This document shows positions 43,810-54,277 of a stretch of 64,000 nucleotides of DNA, one piece after another. The position numbers were made by a program, and so were the translations under genes. Within the stretch, counting starts at the first letter, position 1; each line of letters starts with the position of its first letter. Source of the DNA: Rhodospirillales bacterium (lineage in GTDB: Bacteria; Pseudomonadota; Alphaproteobacteria; Bin95); contig JAYQLI010000035.1 of the NCBI GenBank assembly GCA_038143065.1, positions 2,400,894 to 2,464,893 of the forward strand. Direction: 5' to 3'. The notes under the pieces are model-generated. The model saw only the letters and a program-made list of their open reading frames with translations, did no database searches and had not been told where the DNA came from.

Positions 43810-44754
43810 CTGGCTAGTAAGCTATCAAAATCCCCTCTTTTAGCCCTGACAGGCGCTACGGGTTTTCTTGGGGGGCAAATAGCAAGTGAAGCAAAGATCC
43901 ATGGTTGGCGTGTGCGAGCTCTTGTCCGTGACTCTGGACGATCCCTTTCCCCTAACTTCGATGAATTTATAGTTGGAAATCTTTCCGACCAAGATGCGCT
44001 TATGCGGCTTGCTGATGGAGCAGATGCGTTCGTTCATAACGCAGGTGTAGTTCGTGCGAAAAATAGATCTACTTTTCTTTCTGTAAACAGAGATGGCTCA
44101 ACCAAAGCTGCTCGGGCCTGGCGAGCACTGGCAAGCCCAAATTTACCATTTGTACTGATTTCGTCGCTTGCTGCTAACCTTCCTCAAATTTCACCTTATG
44201 CTGAGAGTAAAGCAGGAGCAGAAGCGGAAATTGCGAAAATGCTTGCTGGTCGGTCTTTTGCTATTTTGCGCCCACCAGCGATTTATGGTCCCGCAGACTT
44301 AGCAACAAGACCATTCTTCCGCGCTCTAGCTAAGGGAATAGTTCCTTGCATTGGCCCAAGCGATGCAAAATTTTCTATGATCTATGTACAGGATGCCGCT
44401 TCTGCTGCATTAGCTGCTCTAGATGCTGCCAGTTCCATTGGTCCAGTGTTCGAAATAGATGACGGTTCTGGCGGGTATACTTGGAATGATGTAGTCCGCG
44501 CGGCGGAAGGCATATCAACAGGGCGAGTACGTCGGTTGTCCATACCAAACGCTATTTTGACCATAGCAGGGACTTTAGGATCCTTTGCTGCTGTGACTGG
44601 TTTATCAACGCCTTTTCTAACCCGTAACAAAGCTCGCGAAATTATGTTTGGTGATTGGCGCGTCAATCCGGCGCGGCGTTTGCCCAACTGGAAGCCCCAT
44701 ACTTCATTAGAAACGGGTTTCAGAAAAACGCTTGAGTGGTATAGAGCTCATTAG
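43810..44754 (+). CDS. cerR: NAD(P)-dependent epimerase/reductase, CerR (ceramide reductase)-like
   Basis: Frame extends 34 codons upstream of the ORF-track start and includes TGATGFLG; also YAESK and RPPAIYGP; lies between the ligase and ACP/spt. Confidence 0.72.
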   Translation: MASKLSKSPLLALTGATGFLGGQIASEAKIHGWRVRALVRDSGRSLSPNFDEFIVGNLSDQDALMRLADGADAFVHNAGVVRAKNRSTFLSVNRDGSTKAARAWRALASPNLPFVLISSLAANLPQISPYAESKAGAEAEIAKMLAGRSFAILRPPAIYGPADLATRPFFRALAKGIVPCIGPSDAKFSMIYVQDAASAALAALDAASSIGPVFEIDDGSGGYTWNDVVRAAEGISTGRVRRLSIPNAILTIAGTLGSFAAVTGLSTPFLTRNKAREIMFGDWRVNPARRLPNWKPHTSLETGFRKTLEWYRAH

Positions 44755-44810
44755 TGACGATGTTAGCGGTTTGTGTTTGGGCAACAGACTAAGTTTTGGG
44801 AGTGTAGTTT

Positions 44811-45059
44811 ATGAGTGATGTTGATCAGAAACTAATTTCTGAAATAGGCGAGATGCTCTCTGGACTTAATAAAGCTGGCATTGAAATTTCGGCAGATACT
44901 GATTTTAACGCTGATCTCAATGTTGATTCAGTAGCGGTTATGGATTTTGTCTTAATGGTAGAAGACAAGTACGATATTTCAATTCCTATTAATCTACTCA
45001 GCGAAGTCAGTACCGTAGGACAATTCGCCCAAGTTGTAGCAAAAGCCCGCGCAGATTGA
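44811..45059 (+). CDS. Specialised acyl carrier protein
   Basis: 82 aa, acidic, with DSVAVMDF phosphopantetheine Ser; directly upstream of spt. Confidence 0.9.
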   Translation: MSDVDQKLISEIGEMLSGLNKAGIEISADTDFNADLNVDSVAVMDFVLMVEDKYDISIPINLLSEVSTVGQFAQVVAKARAD

Positions 45060-45065
45060 ACCGGA

Positions 45066-46247
45066 ATGGATCTATTCGACAAATTTCAGCCTCTAAAAGA
45101 GGCGTACGTTGCTTTAACAGCTGGTGGTGGTGATCCATTTGGCGTTGCTTTTGACAATATCTTATCACCTACGATTGGTCTTATAGGTGATCGAGAAATC
45201 GTGCTGGCGGGTACAAATAATTATCTTGGTTTAACTTTTGACGAGGCCGTGATTTCAGCGGCAAAGCATGCTTTAGAAAGATTTGGCACCGGAACAACTG
45301 GTTCCCGCATAGCTAATGGGACTTTTGGTCCCCATCGTTTGCTCGAGCAAGAAATGGCAGCCCACTACGGCATGTCATCTGCGCTTGTGTTCACTACTGG
45401 CTACCAAGCAAATTTATCTGTCGTGGCCGGCCTTGCCCAAAAGGGTGATCAAGTATTCATTGATGCTGATTGTCACGCTAGTATTTATGACGCCTGTCAG
45501 CTTTCAGGCGCCGAAATTATCCGCTTTGCCCACAACGATCCATCTTCTCTTGATCGTCGTCTAAGCCGCTTAGATCCTAACCAGTCCAACAAACTCGTAA
45601 TTGTCGAAGGCCTGTACAGCATGTTTGGCGATATAGCCCCGATTGACGAATTCGTTGAAGTTAAGAATCGACATAAAGCATATCTTATGGTTGACGAAGC
45701 TCATTCGTTTGGTGGATTTGGAGAGCAGGGACTCGGTGTAGCAGAAGAGCGTGGTGTCCTGAAGAAATCCGATTTTTTAGTTGGGACTTTTTCAAAAAGC
45801 CTTGCAGGGATAGGTGGGTTTGCCGTTTCCGATCATCCTGATTTTGATCTACTTAGAGTGGCCGCGCGTGCTTATATGTTCACAGCATCTTCTTCCGCAG
45901 CAAGTATTGAGGTGACAAGAGCTGCTTTGAAGATAATCTCCGACAGACCTAGCTTGCGCAAAAATTTATGGGACAATGCTCACCAACTACATGCTGGCCT
46001 CAAATCGGTAGGTTTTGAACTGATGGCTGATCCAAGCCCTATTGTTGCAGCTGATCTCGGAAACCCAATGCGCGCTGCCAAGGCTTGGAATGTCCTACTG
46101 CAATCTGGTGTGTACGTGAATCTTGCTATTCCTCCTGGGACTCCAAACAGTAAGAGTTTGCTAAGGTGCTCGGTATCTGCAGCGCATACTTCAGAACAGA
46201 TTGACTTCATCGTCGATTGCTTTGCAAAAGTGGCCCAACTGGACTAG
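45066..46247 (+). CDS. spt: Serine palmitoyltransferase (AOS family, PLP)
   Basis: GTNNYLGLTFD..VI.A...AL..FGTGTTGSR..NGT, DEAHS and GTFSKS (PLP Lys) motifs; MDLFDKF start; ligase-reductase-ACP context. Confidence 0.85.
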   Translation: MDLFDKFQPLKEAYVALTAGGGDPFGVAFDNILSPTIGLIGDREIVLAGTNNYLGLTFDEAVISAAKHALERFGTGTTGSRIANGTFGPHRLLEQEMAAHYGMSSALVFTTGYQANLSVVAGLAQKGDQVFIDADCHASIYDACQLSGAEIIRFAHNDPSSLDRRLSRLDPNQSNKLVIVEGLYSMFGDIAPIDEFVEVKNRHKAYLMVDEAHSFGGFGEQGLGVAEERGVLKKSDFLVGTFSKSLAGIGGFAVSDHPDFDLLRVAARAYMFTASSSAASIEVTRAALKIISDRPSLRKNLWDNAHQLHAGLKSVGFELMADPSPIVAADLGNPMRAAKAWNVLLQSGVYVNLAIPPGTPNSKSLLRCSVSAAHTSEQIDFIVDCFAKVAQLD

Positions 46248-46297
46248 CCCAGACTGATAAAAATTCATAAATGGTTTACGATCACTCGTGTTTCCGC

Positions 46298-46341
46298 ATT
46301 ATTTTGTTTTGTTTGTGTCACAAACTCAAAGCAAAAGTAAT
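46298..46341 (+). terminator. Long imperfect AT-rich hairpin after spt
   Basis: ATTATTTTGTTTTGTTTGT-GTC-ACAAACTCAAAGCAAAAGTAAT followed by TTTAGTTT. Confidence 0.4.
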
Positions 46342-46401
46342 TTTAGTTTGACGCAATAATAATTCAGTCAGCATCAAATTTCATACTAATAGAATTAGTG
46401 C

Positions 46402-47633
46402 ATGCCGATCTTAAAATTTTTGACTGCAAACAGTTCCTGGCTTGGCGCCGGAGTTTTGATGACCTTAAGTTCATCTTTTGGTCAAACATTTTTATTTCCG
46501 TATTTGCGGGTGAAATTCGTGCGGAATTTAATCTTTCCCACAGTGATTGGGGTAATGCGTACACAATTGGCACGTTGGCTTCTGCCGCCATAATGATAAT
46601 GGTTGGACCATTAGCGGATCGTATAAAAGTTCGGAAACTCGCAGCTTTCGTGATAGTTGGACTGGCTGGAATGTGCTGCGCTATGGCGGTTTCTAGTGCT
46701 GCTTGGCTTCTGCCGGTTATCATTTGTGGTCTTCGCTTTTTTGGGCAGGGGATGCTGACGCATATCCCAGCAGTAGCTGTCGGGAGATGGTTTCGTGCAA
46801 ATAGAGGTCGTGCAATTTCCGTAGTATTTCTTGGGCACTCACTCGGCCAGGCTTTATTCCCTGCGGTTTTTGTTGTGGTGATGTCTATTAGTAGTTGGCG
46901 TTCAGCATGGTTATTAGCATCTCTCTTTCCGTTAATAGCTTTGCTGCCTTTGTTACTCTTGTTGAAACATGAGCGTCAGCCGCAACAAATTGCTTTGGAA
47001 CAAGGCAGCGCCGGCATCCTAAATATGCACTGGAACCGGAAACAGGTACTTCGACATTGGCTTTTTTGGGCAACGTTTCCAGGATTTCTTGCCCAGCCAA
47101 TTTTTTCGACTGCTTTGGCCTTTCAGCAGGTCCACTTATCAGAAATCAAAGGTTGGAGCCACGCGGGTTTTGCTAGTCTTTTCGCCGTAATGACTATGGC
47201 AAATATTTTTGGCTTGTGGGTGGCTGGTGGCGCGATAGATCGTTTTGGGGTGGCACGTATTTTGCCTGTTATGCTGCTTCCAGCTGCTGCTGGTTATGCT
47301 TTGATCGCAAATGTAAGTGGACTTGATGGGGCAGCAGTAGGTATGGCACTTGTTGGGCTCTCTACAGGCGTGATTGCCGCAGTAGGTGGCGCATACTGGC
47401 CTGAGATATATGGGACCAAATATCTTGGTTCAATTAGGTCAATGGCGACGGCTATAATGGTTTTTGCAACCGCTTTGGGTCCTCTTGTAACGGGTTATTT
47501 AATAGATGCCGGAGTTGATTTACGTGACCAATTATTTGGTATTTCGATCTTATCGATTTTAGCATCATTCAGCCTTGGCCTGGCTATATGGCACGCATGG
47601 CCATTGCTTCGGCCTTTAGCGTTCCAAAAATAA
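46402..47633 (+). CDS. MFS transporter (frameshift near 46490)
   Basis: MPILKFL...SSSFGQTF[F]ISVF start, GLRFFGQG, WFRANRGRA and YGTKYLGSIRS motifs; about 12 TM segments. Confidence 0.9.
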
Positions 47634-48478
47634 ACAACACTGTGCATTAGATACAGCGTGTCGTGTTACACCTCCAAGGATCATTTGCCTGATTCTACTT
47701 TGTGTGTAGGCGCCCATCACAATAAGGTCAGCTCCGAAATTATCCGCCGCATTTAGTAGGTTTTGTCCAATCTCGATTGGGGAATCTCCTGGCAGCTCTT
47801 TACATTCTGACGATATATTGCGCCAAGCTAAACGCTCCTCAACTTTTTTAGGCTCGCTACTCCGTCAAGCCAGCCTGGCATAGATACTATTTCGACAGCT
47901 GAGGCAGTTTCTAAAAAGGGCATTGCGGAAGCAATGGCGCGGGCACATTCCGCGCCGCCATTCCATCCAATTAAAATTCGTTCTCCTACCGAGGTTGGAG
48001 TTTGAGGTGGAGCGAGAACAACGGGTAGGCCACCTTCAAAAACTAATGCCTCAAACATGGCAGTTGTTGAGGCCTCAGCGTTAGCTTGAGGTCTTGGTGC
48101 GACTGCTAAATCAGCAGTACGCGCCCAAACTGCAGCTCGTTCATCATCGCGTCCATTGTCTTCCCGCCATGCTACGCTTAAGCCAGCGGAAGGAATTTCA
48201 ACAATAGAAACACCACTAGATTTAGTTTTGGAGTCGAAAAGTTCTTGTGCCGCTAATTGCCGTTTACCACTATCTGTAGCGGCGGCTGAAACTACCTCAT
48301 CAACTAGTGAGCCGGACAGGCCTTCTCCAACATAGGGAATGATCTGCCTAGGGTCAGTTGTTACATGTAAAACATCAAGGTGGGCTGAGAACTTTTTTGC
48401 AATCAGCAGAGCCGCATCCATTGCGGAACTTCCAACTTTTGCATCACTCAACGGTGCTAGGATAGACGCATACGTCAT
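47616..48478 (-). CDS. Tandem-domain universal stress protein (frameshift near 47850)
   Basis: MTYASILAPL start, IGWNGGAECARA; the corrected frame gives ADLIVMGAYTQSRIRQMILGGVT ending at TAA 47616-47618. Confidence 0.88.
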
Positions 48479-48566
48479 TTTCACCTCTGCCAAAAAGCAT
48501 AGATTTGAAAGAGATATTGGAGGATTTTTATTTAAATTGACAGAGTGGTTATTAGAGGCACTGGCA

Positions 48567-49158
48567 TCAGGGAAACAGTCTCTGTGTGCGCCAGAGGCCA
48601 TCCTCGAAAAAGTATACAATACGATCGTGTAGCCTAAAGGCACCATCCTGCCAAAATTCTATACGCCTTGGCTGTACACGGAAGCCAGACCAATCCTTTG
48701 GGCGGGGGGGGGTCTTGTCCTTCGAAACGTTTTTCTAGCTCAGCCACTCTAGCTTCCAAAACAGCACGACTTTCCAAAGGTTGCGATTGGTCAGATGCCC
48801 AAGCTCCAATTCGGCTTAGACGTGCTCTAGAAGCGAAATATGCATCAGCCTCGGCATCGGTTACTTGGCTGAGTGGCCCCTCTACCCGAACCTGCCGACG
48901 AAGAGATTTCCAATGAAAAAGGAGGGCAACATTTGGGTTTTCAGTTATCTCTGATGATTTTCTACTGCCCAGATTGGTATAGAAAACAAAGCCGCGCTCA
49001 TCATGACCTTTCAAGAGAACCATGCGAACAGACGGTTGACCTTCCGAGTCAGCCGTTGCAAGCGCCATGGCCGTAGGGTCATTTATTTCGTTTGCTTCTG
49101 CCTCCGATAACCATTCTTCGAATAAAGTGTGAGGATTTTCTTTGATCATGCCGTCCAT
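48567..49158 (-). CDS. pdxH: Pyridoxamine 5'-phosphate oxidase (frameshift in G run near 48708)
   Basis: RMVLLKG, FYTN..SRK and RQVRVEG motifs; the corrected frame gives [10 protein letters not shown]...EFWQ...RLHDR...RLFP*. Confidence 0.95.
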
Positions 49159-49215
49159 TTAATTTGGATCCTTGAAAGAGCCGGTGATCAAATATTTAGG
49201 ATTAAAATTATTGCC

Positions 49216-49984
49216 CTAGGATGCGACGAAACCGCCATCTACGTTGTAATTGGACCCAGTCACAAACGAAGCTCTATCTGATGCCAGCCAGCAAACCATC
49301 TCAGCAATTTCGCGGGGCTGTCCCATCCGTTTAGCTGGCACGCGAGATAATACTTGCTCGCCACGTTGCGCCATTGTTTCTCTTGTCATATCGGTCTCTA
49401 TGTAGCCCGGGCATACCGAATTCACTCTGATATTATCTGAAGCGTATTCAATGGCAGCCGTTTTTGTGAGGCCGACAACCCCATGTTTTGCAGCGACGTA
49501 CATGGATGTGAAAGCTAGTCCAGCTAGACCAGCAATTGAAGCCGTATTTATAATTGATCCGCCATTTCCTGCAGCTGACATGGCTCTCAATTCTGCTGCC
49601 ATGCAAGCCCAAACACCCTTCAGGTTAATGGCAAGCATCTTGTCGACGGAATTCAGGCCAATCTCCAGTGCGCTTACCCTGCGCACCAATTTGATAAGGG
49701 GCTATACCAGCATTATTGAACGCACAATCAATTTTGCCAAACGAGTTAATGGTAAAATCAACTAACGTATTTACTGCTTCAGTGTTAGTTACGTCACACC
49801 GCTTGCTGAGGGCTTGTCCGCCTTGTTTGTTGATAAGTGCAACGGTTTCCTCTGCACCTTCAATATTTAAATCGGAAACAACTATTTTGGCGCCTTCTTC
49901 TGCAAACAGCAGTGCCGTCTCTCGCCCAATACCTCGCGCTCCACCCGTAATGAGTGACACCTTTCCTTCAAGCATTCCTGTCAT
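49216..49984 (-). CDS. Short-chain dehydrogenase/reductase (frameshift near 49652)
   Basis: TGGARGIG, FNNAG, YVAAKHG, CPGYIET and VDGG motifs across two ORFs. Confidence 0.9.
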
Positions 49985-50005
49985 AATAAAAACACCATAT
50001 TCCGC

Positions 50006-50890
50006 CTAGTTTTTTAGTCCAAGAATTGAAGTTGCCATTGCTCGAGGATCACGAGTTGGCCAGGTGCCAGCGTCCACTTCGGCAAGGAAACGGTCAACAA
50101 TTGAGTTAAAGGCTTGAGGATCTTCAATGTTTATTGTGTGGCCACAGTTTGGCATCACGGCTAATGCAGCTGTTGGAATAGACTGTTTCATCATGATGCC
50201 GGGCAAAAGGCATGGCCAATCTTCATCACCTGTTAAAATAAGAGTTGGTGTTGTTATCTCGGCCATTTGCTCTTGAAGCTCAAAAAGACTTGGTCTTTCT
50301 CTTTGAACCCCAAGCATCGTACGACCGGCCCCTTCCGTGGAGTGCTCGGCTAGCTGCTCCTTAAATTCCTGGAATCCCCTTGGGTTTTTGTTCAAGAACT
50401 GCACGCGGGTTGGACCCATGGAATAAGCTTCAGCAAAAGCTTGCGCCCCGTCTTCTTCAATAAGTTTAGCGGTTGCAGCAGTCTCTTCCCGGAACTGCTG
50501 GCGTTTTTCTGGCTCCGCGCCATAGCCGCAGCCAGCTACAGTGATCGAATGAGCTCGGTTACCATGCGCTATTCCAAAGTGCAGAGCTGCAAAGCCCCCC
50601 ATAGAGAGGCCCACTATGTGTGCCTTTTCTATTCCAGCAGCATCCATCACAGCTATAATATCATCTCGAGCAATTTCCTGGCTGTACTGGCCTGCAGGTG
50701 GAACATCTGAGGGGGTAGCCTCGGCTTTTGCATTATAGGAAACGCAATGATATCGCCTGCCGAAATGGCGCATTTGCGGTTCCCAGGCTCGCATATCACC
50801 TGCAAATTCGTGGACGAATATTATTGCCCGTCCCTCTCCAGTTTCTTCGTAATAAAGTTTGACATTATCAGAGGCGACGGCGCTGGGCAT
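50006..50890 (-). CDS. Alpha/beta hydrolase
   Basis: FVHEFAGD, GLSMGG nucleophile, GDED and GHTIN motifs. Confidence 0.9.
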   Translation of the reverse strand: MPSAVASDNVKLYYEETGEGRAIIFVHEFAGDMRAWEPQMRHFGRRYHCVSYNAKAEATPSDVPPAGQYSQEIARDDIIAVMDAAGIEKAHIVGLSMGGFAALHFGIAHGNRAHSITVAGCGYGAEPEKRQQFREETAATAKLIEEDGAQAFAEAYSMGPTRVQFLNKNPRGFQEFKEQLAEHSTEGAGRTMLGVQRERPSLFELQEQMAEITTPTLILTGDEDWPCLLPGIMMKQSIPTAALAVMPNCGHTINIEDPQAFNSIVDRFLAEVDAGTWPTRDPRAMATSILGLKN

Positions 50891-50959
50891 ATTAATTCCC
50901 TTCTTTTAGAGCTAAACAACGTGAGAGTCTTTTTGTACAGACCTAAATATATTCGATCA

Positions 50960-51517
50960 TTATCCTGAAAGTTTTCCGCGCTGAGGAACTGTTTCTTTTA
51001 GCCTTGGCATAATTTCTACAAAGTTACATGGCCTGAAGCGATTATCGAGCTGGTATGCTAGGATTTCATCCCAGCCATCTTTGCAGGCGCCTGTAGATCC
51101 GGGTAAGGCAAAGAGATAAGTCCCTCCAGCAACACCAGCAGTTGCACGAGATTGCATCGCTGACGTGCCAATTTTTTGAAAACTAATCCAGCGGAATGCT
51201 TCACCAAAACCATCGATACGTTTTTCAAAGACTTTCTCAAAAGCTTCTGGTGTCACATCTCTCCCTGTGACACCAGTGCCGCCAGTTGAAATGACACAAT
51301 CTACTTCAGCATTAGCAATCCACTCTTGAAGCTGGCTTTCAATTAAGGCTGCATCGTCAATAATGATTTTCCGATCGATGATGAAATGTCCGGCAGCCTC
51401 AGCTCGTTCCACGAGAACCGTGCCTGAGGCATCAGTCTCTAAGGTGCGCGTATCTGAGATTGTCAGGATAGCAATATTTACCGGTACAAATGGGCGCTCT
51501 TGGTCTAAGCCAGGCAT
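50960..51517 (-). CDS. moaB: Molybdenum cofactor biosynthesis protein B
   Basis: TISDTR, TGGTGVTGRDVTPEA, QSRA, LPGSTGAC and PCNFVE motifs. Confidence 0.95.
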   Translation of the reverse strand: MPGLDQERPFVPVNIAILTISDTRTLETDASGTVLVERAEAAGHFIIDRKIIIDDAALIESQLQEWIANAEVDCVISTGGTGVTGRDVTPEAFEKVFEKRIDGFGEAFRWISFQKIGTSAMQSRATAGVAGGTYLFALPGSTGACKDGWDEILAYQLDNRFRPCNFVEIMPRLKETVPQRGKLSG

Positions 51518-51680
51518 CGATTGCTTTCCTTAGTCAATTTGTAATTGTTATTTTCAATGTAAAAGGTGGGTCAGTTTATTGGTGTATGCAAGCCCCGATC
51601 AATAAAGATAGTACCGGCCTAAATTTAGCCGCTTAATATTAGAGGCTATGGCATTATGCGTGTTTTTGAAGGTGTTTTCT

Positions 51681-53370
51681 CTATTCTGCATATCTTGGCC
51701 AACGGTTATTGAGTACCTCATAACGGGTCATCATGTGTTTCCCCATTTGCTCTCGATAGATCCAATAATTAGCCATGACTTTTTCAACGAAAACTCGCGT
51801 TTCTCTTGATGGTATTGCCTCAATAAACAGCAGCGGATCGCCGTTCGACTTAACTGACCTTTGCCATCTCCTGAGATTGCCGATACCGGCATTATAAGCG
51901 ATTGCAAGTTCAAAAAGACCGCTATTTACAGCTTCCTTTTCCAGTAGATAGTGAATGTACTTTGATGCTATGGCGATGTTGCTACTTGGGTTAAAAAGTT
52001 GGTCGCGCCGAGCTCCAACAAACTTATTTTTTCCAACTGCATAGTTTGCTGTTGCTGGGAGAAGTTGCATAAGCCCACGAGCACCTGCTGGGCTTACAGC
52101 TCGAGGATTAAACAGAGATTCTTGACGCATAAAGGCATTCAATAGTGCTGGATCAAGGTGTTCAGCTATTGGTGGCTTCCATGATGCAATAGGGTACAGA
52201 CCAGCAGGAACAAATTTACCACCTAATAGTTTGATTTGATTAGCCGCCTTAATGGCAGTCCTGGGCGCCTGATAAGTAATAGCTACTGAGAGGATGATGC
52301 GCAGCAGGTTATCGTTTGCATTATCAACAATTTGATGCATTTCCTGGTCAGCACGCCAGATTTCACCAATCTGTAAAAGTGCGAGAGCTCTTTTGCCTGC
52401 CATAATTTTGGAAAGACTATCAATGTCCGAATCAGTGGCCTGCGAGATTTGCCAATCCAGAGTATTGGGTAAATCTAGCGCTTGTAGAGCTAATTGTCCG
52501 TAGAATGTAAGTTCATGTTGGGCTGCAATTTTCATCCATTGCTCTGCAGCTTTAGAATTATTGTTCGCTTGATGAACTCGCCCAGCCCAGAAGGCCCCAG
52601 CTGCTGCCGTCCAGGAAGTGGCGCCCTCTGCTAGAGCATTGGCTTCAAAATGTTTTAAAGAGTTCCTTATGTCGCCCAAACGAAAAGCTGCAAGTCCTGC
52701 AACCCAGTGAGATTGCCCAACCTTAAAGCCCGAACGCGCGGCTGCTGACGCCGCTAGCTTATAAGCGGTTTTATCTTTGCCGCTCACGAAATATCCCATT
52801 GCCACTCTGGTAGTGAGAATATCTTGCTGGATGTTTGATAGAATTGTTTTTGTTTTTTTACTCTTCAAGAACCGGGCGGCTTGGTCGTTTTTTCCTCTAC
52901 GAACTAACTTTCTAATCTTTTTTTGGATGCCATTCTGTCTACCTGTGAATAGAGCTGGATTTTCAGGACTATCAGTGACCAATGCCGAAATTTTGCGTGG
53001 GTCGAATACTGGTTTTTTGGGATCTTTTGCCTTTGTAGGCTTCCGTTTCATTGCAAGGCTAAATACCCGATAGGCTTCGGGGTGATCTCTGTAATTCTCC
53101 AGCCAATCCCTAAGTTCTGAATATCGAGACCTATAAGCTGTTGGGTGCATGAGCCGCTGAAACTTAGCGTGGCCTAGAAGAACCTTATCCCTAAGCTGAC
53201 GGATTTCTCGGTCGGCCTTTTTAAATTGCCCTTTATCTTGTGTTGAAAAAAATTTTTTTATAGCGAACGACATCTTCACCAGACAGAATATCGAGGATTG
53301 GGGTTGCCATTGAAGGCAATGCAAGCACGATATTAAAAATTAAAAGAACAGGGAAAATCTTAAAAAACAA
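51681..53370 (-). CDS. Soluble lytic transglycosylase (SLT domain; frameshift near 53250)
   Basis: RQESLF, GARGLMQL, AYNAG and ETRVFV motifs; signal peptide MFFKIFPVLLIFNIVLALPSMA lies in the upstream frame from TTG 53370. Confidence 0.88.
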
Positions 53371-53594
53371 TGAATTTCTTCCCGTTCTTACTTTAGCGGA
53401 ACACTATCTCGAATTCTAAAAACAACGCTATGGCTAAGTTTCAGATTCATAATTTTGATCAAGCTAGAAATAAAGTCAAAGCCGCTTTGATTGCCTTGCT
53501 AATGATATTTACAAAAACTAGCTCGTCGCATCATTTAGAGAGTATATAAAATCATTTCTAAAATATCCTTTTAATAGGTTTTGTGGAGACGATA

Positions 53595-54233
53595 ATGATC
53601 AAGGTTTGGGGACGCTCTGATGGTTCAAATGTGATCAAAGCAATGTGGTGTATAGGGGAACTAGCGATAGATTATGAAAGGATAGATTGGGGCGGAAAAT
53701 TTGGTGGAAATGATGACCCAGAGTATCGTCTAAAAAATCCAAACGGTCGTCTGCCTACTATTGAGGAAGAGGATGGTTGGTGTGTCTGGGAATCTGGGGC
53801 AGTAATTCGTTACTTGGCGGCAAAGCATGGGATGGGTGGCTTATACCCCTCTAACCCTCGTGACCGGGCAGATGCTGAGCGCTGGATGGATTGGAGTTCC
53901 CTAAACTTAGCGCCTTTCAACGTTATTTATTTAGATTATTTCTTTCGGTTACCTGCGGAAGAACGCGATATAAAAACCGTGGAAGCAGCAATTCAGAAGA
54001 CAACCCCTTGGTATGATATTTTAGATAAACATCTGGCAGGACGAGACTTTGTAGCTGGTAGCCAACTTACAATAGGTGATATTCCTGCTGGGGTTTTGAC
54101 CCATCGCTGGATAAATTGGACGCCTGGCCAGCGCCCTAATCACCCAAATGTTGAAGCTTGGTACGCCCGCCTTTGTGAACGACCAGCATTCATAGAACAC
54201 GTCATTGAGAAAACTAATAAAACGCCTTTTTGA
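53595..54233 (+). CDS. Glutathione S-transferase
   Basis: KVWGR..SNV.K, NPNGRLP, WESGAVIRYL, ERWMDW and GDIP motifs. Confidence 0.92.
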   Translation: MIKVWGRSDGSNVIKAMWCIGELAIDYERIDWGGKFGGNDDPEYRLKNPNGRLPTIEEEDGWCVWESGAVIRYLAAKHGMGGLYPSNPRDRADAERWMDWSSLNLAPFNVIYLDYFFRLPAEERDIKTVEAAIQKTTPWYDILDKHLAGRDFVAGSQLTIGDIPAGVLTHRWINWTPGQRPNHPNVEAWYARLCERPAFIEHVIEKTNKTPF

Positions 54234-54277
54234 CTAAGGTACGATAAGGCTAATGCTGCTAGAGGTCAGTGAATTTT

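Noticed and set aside
45066-46247. Calling this gene bioF or kbl
   Set aside because: There are no biotin or tdh neighbours, and the motifs and ligase-reductase-ACP context favour Spt.
51518-51680. Moco riboswitch upstream of moaB
   Set aside because: Only short imperfect inverted repeats are present; I could not find the conserved Moco RNA elements.
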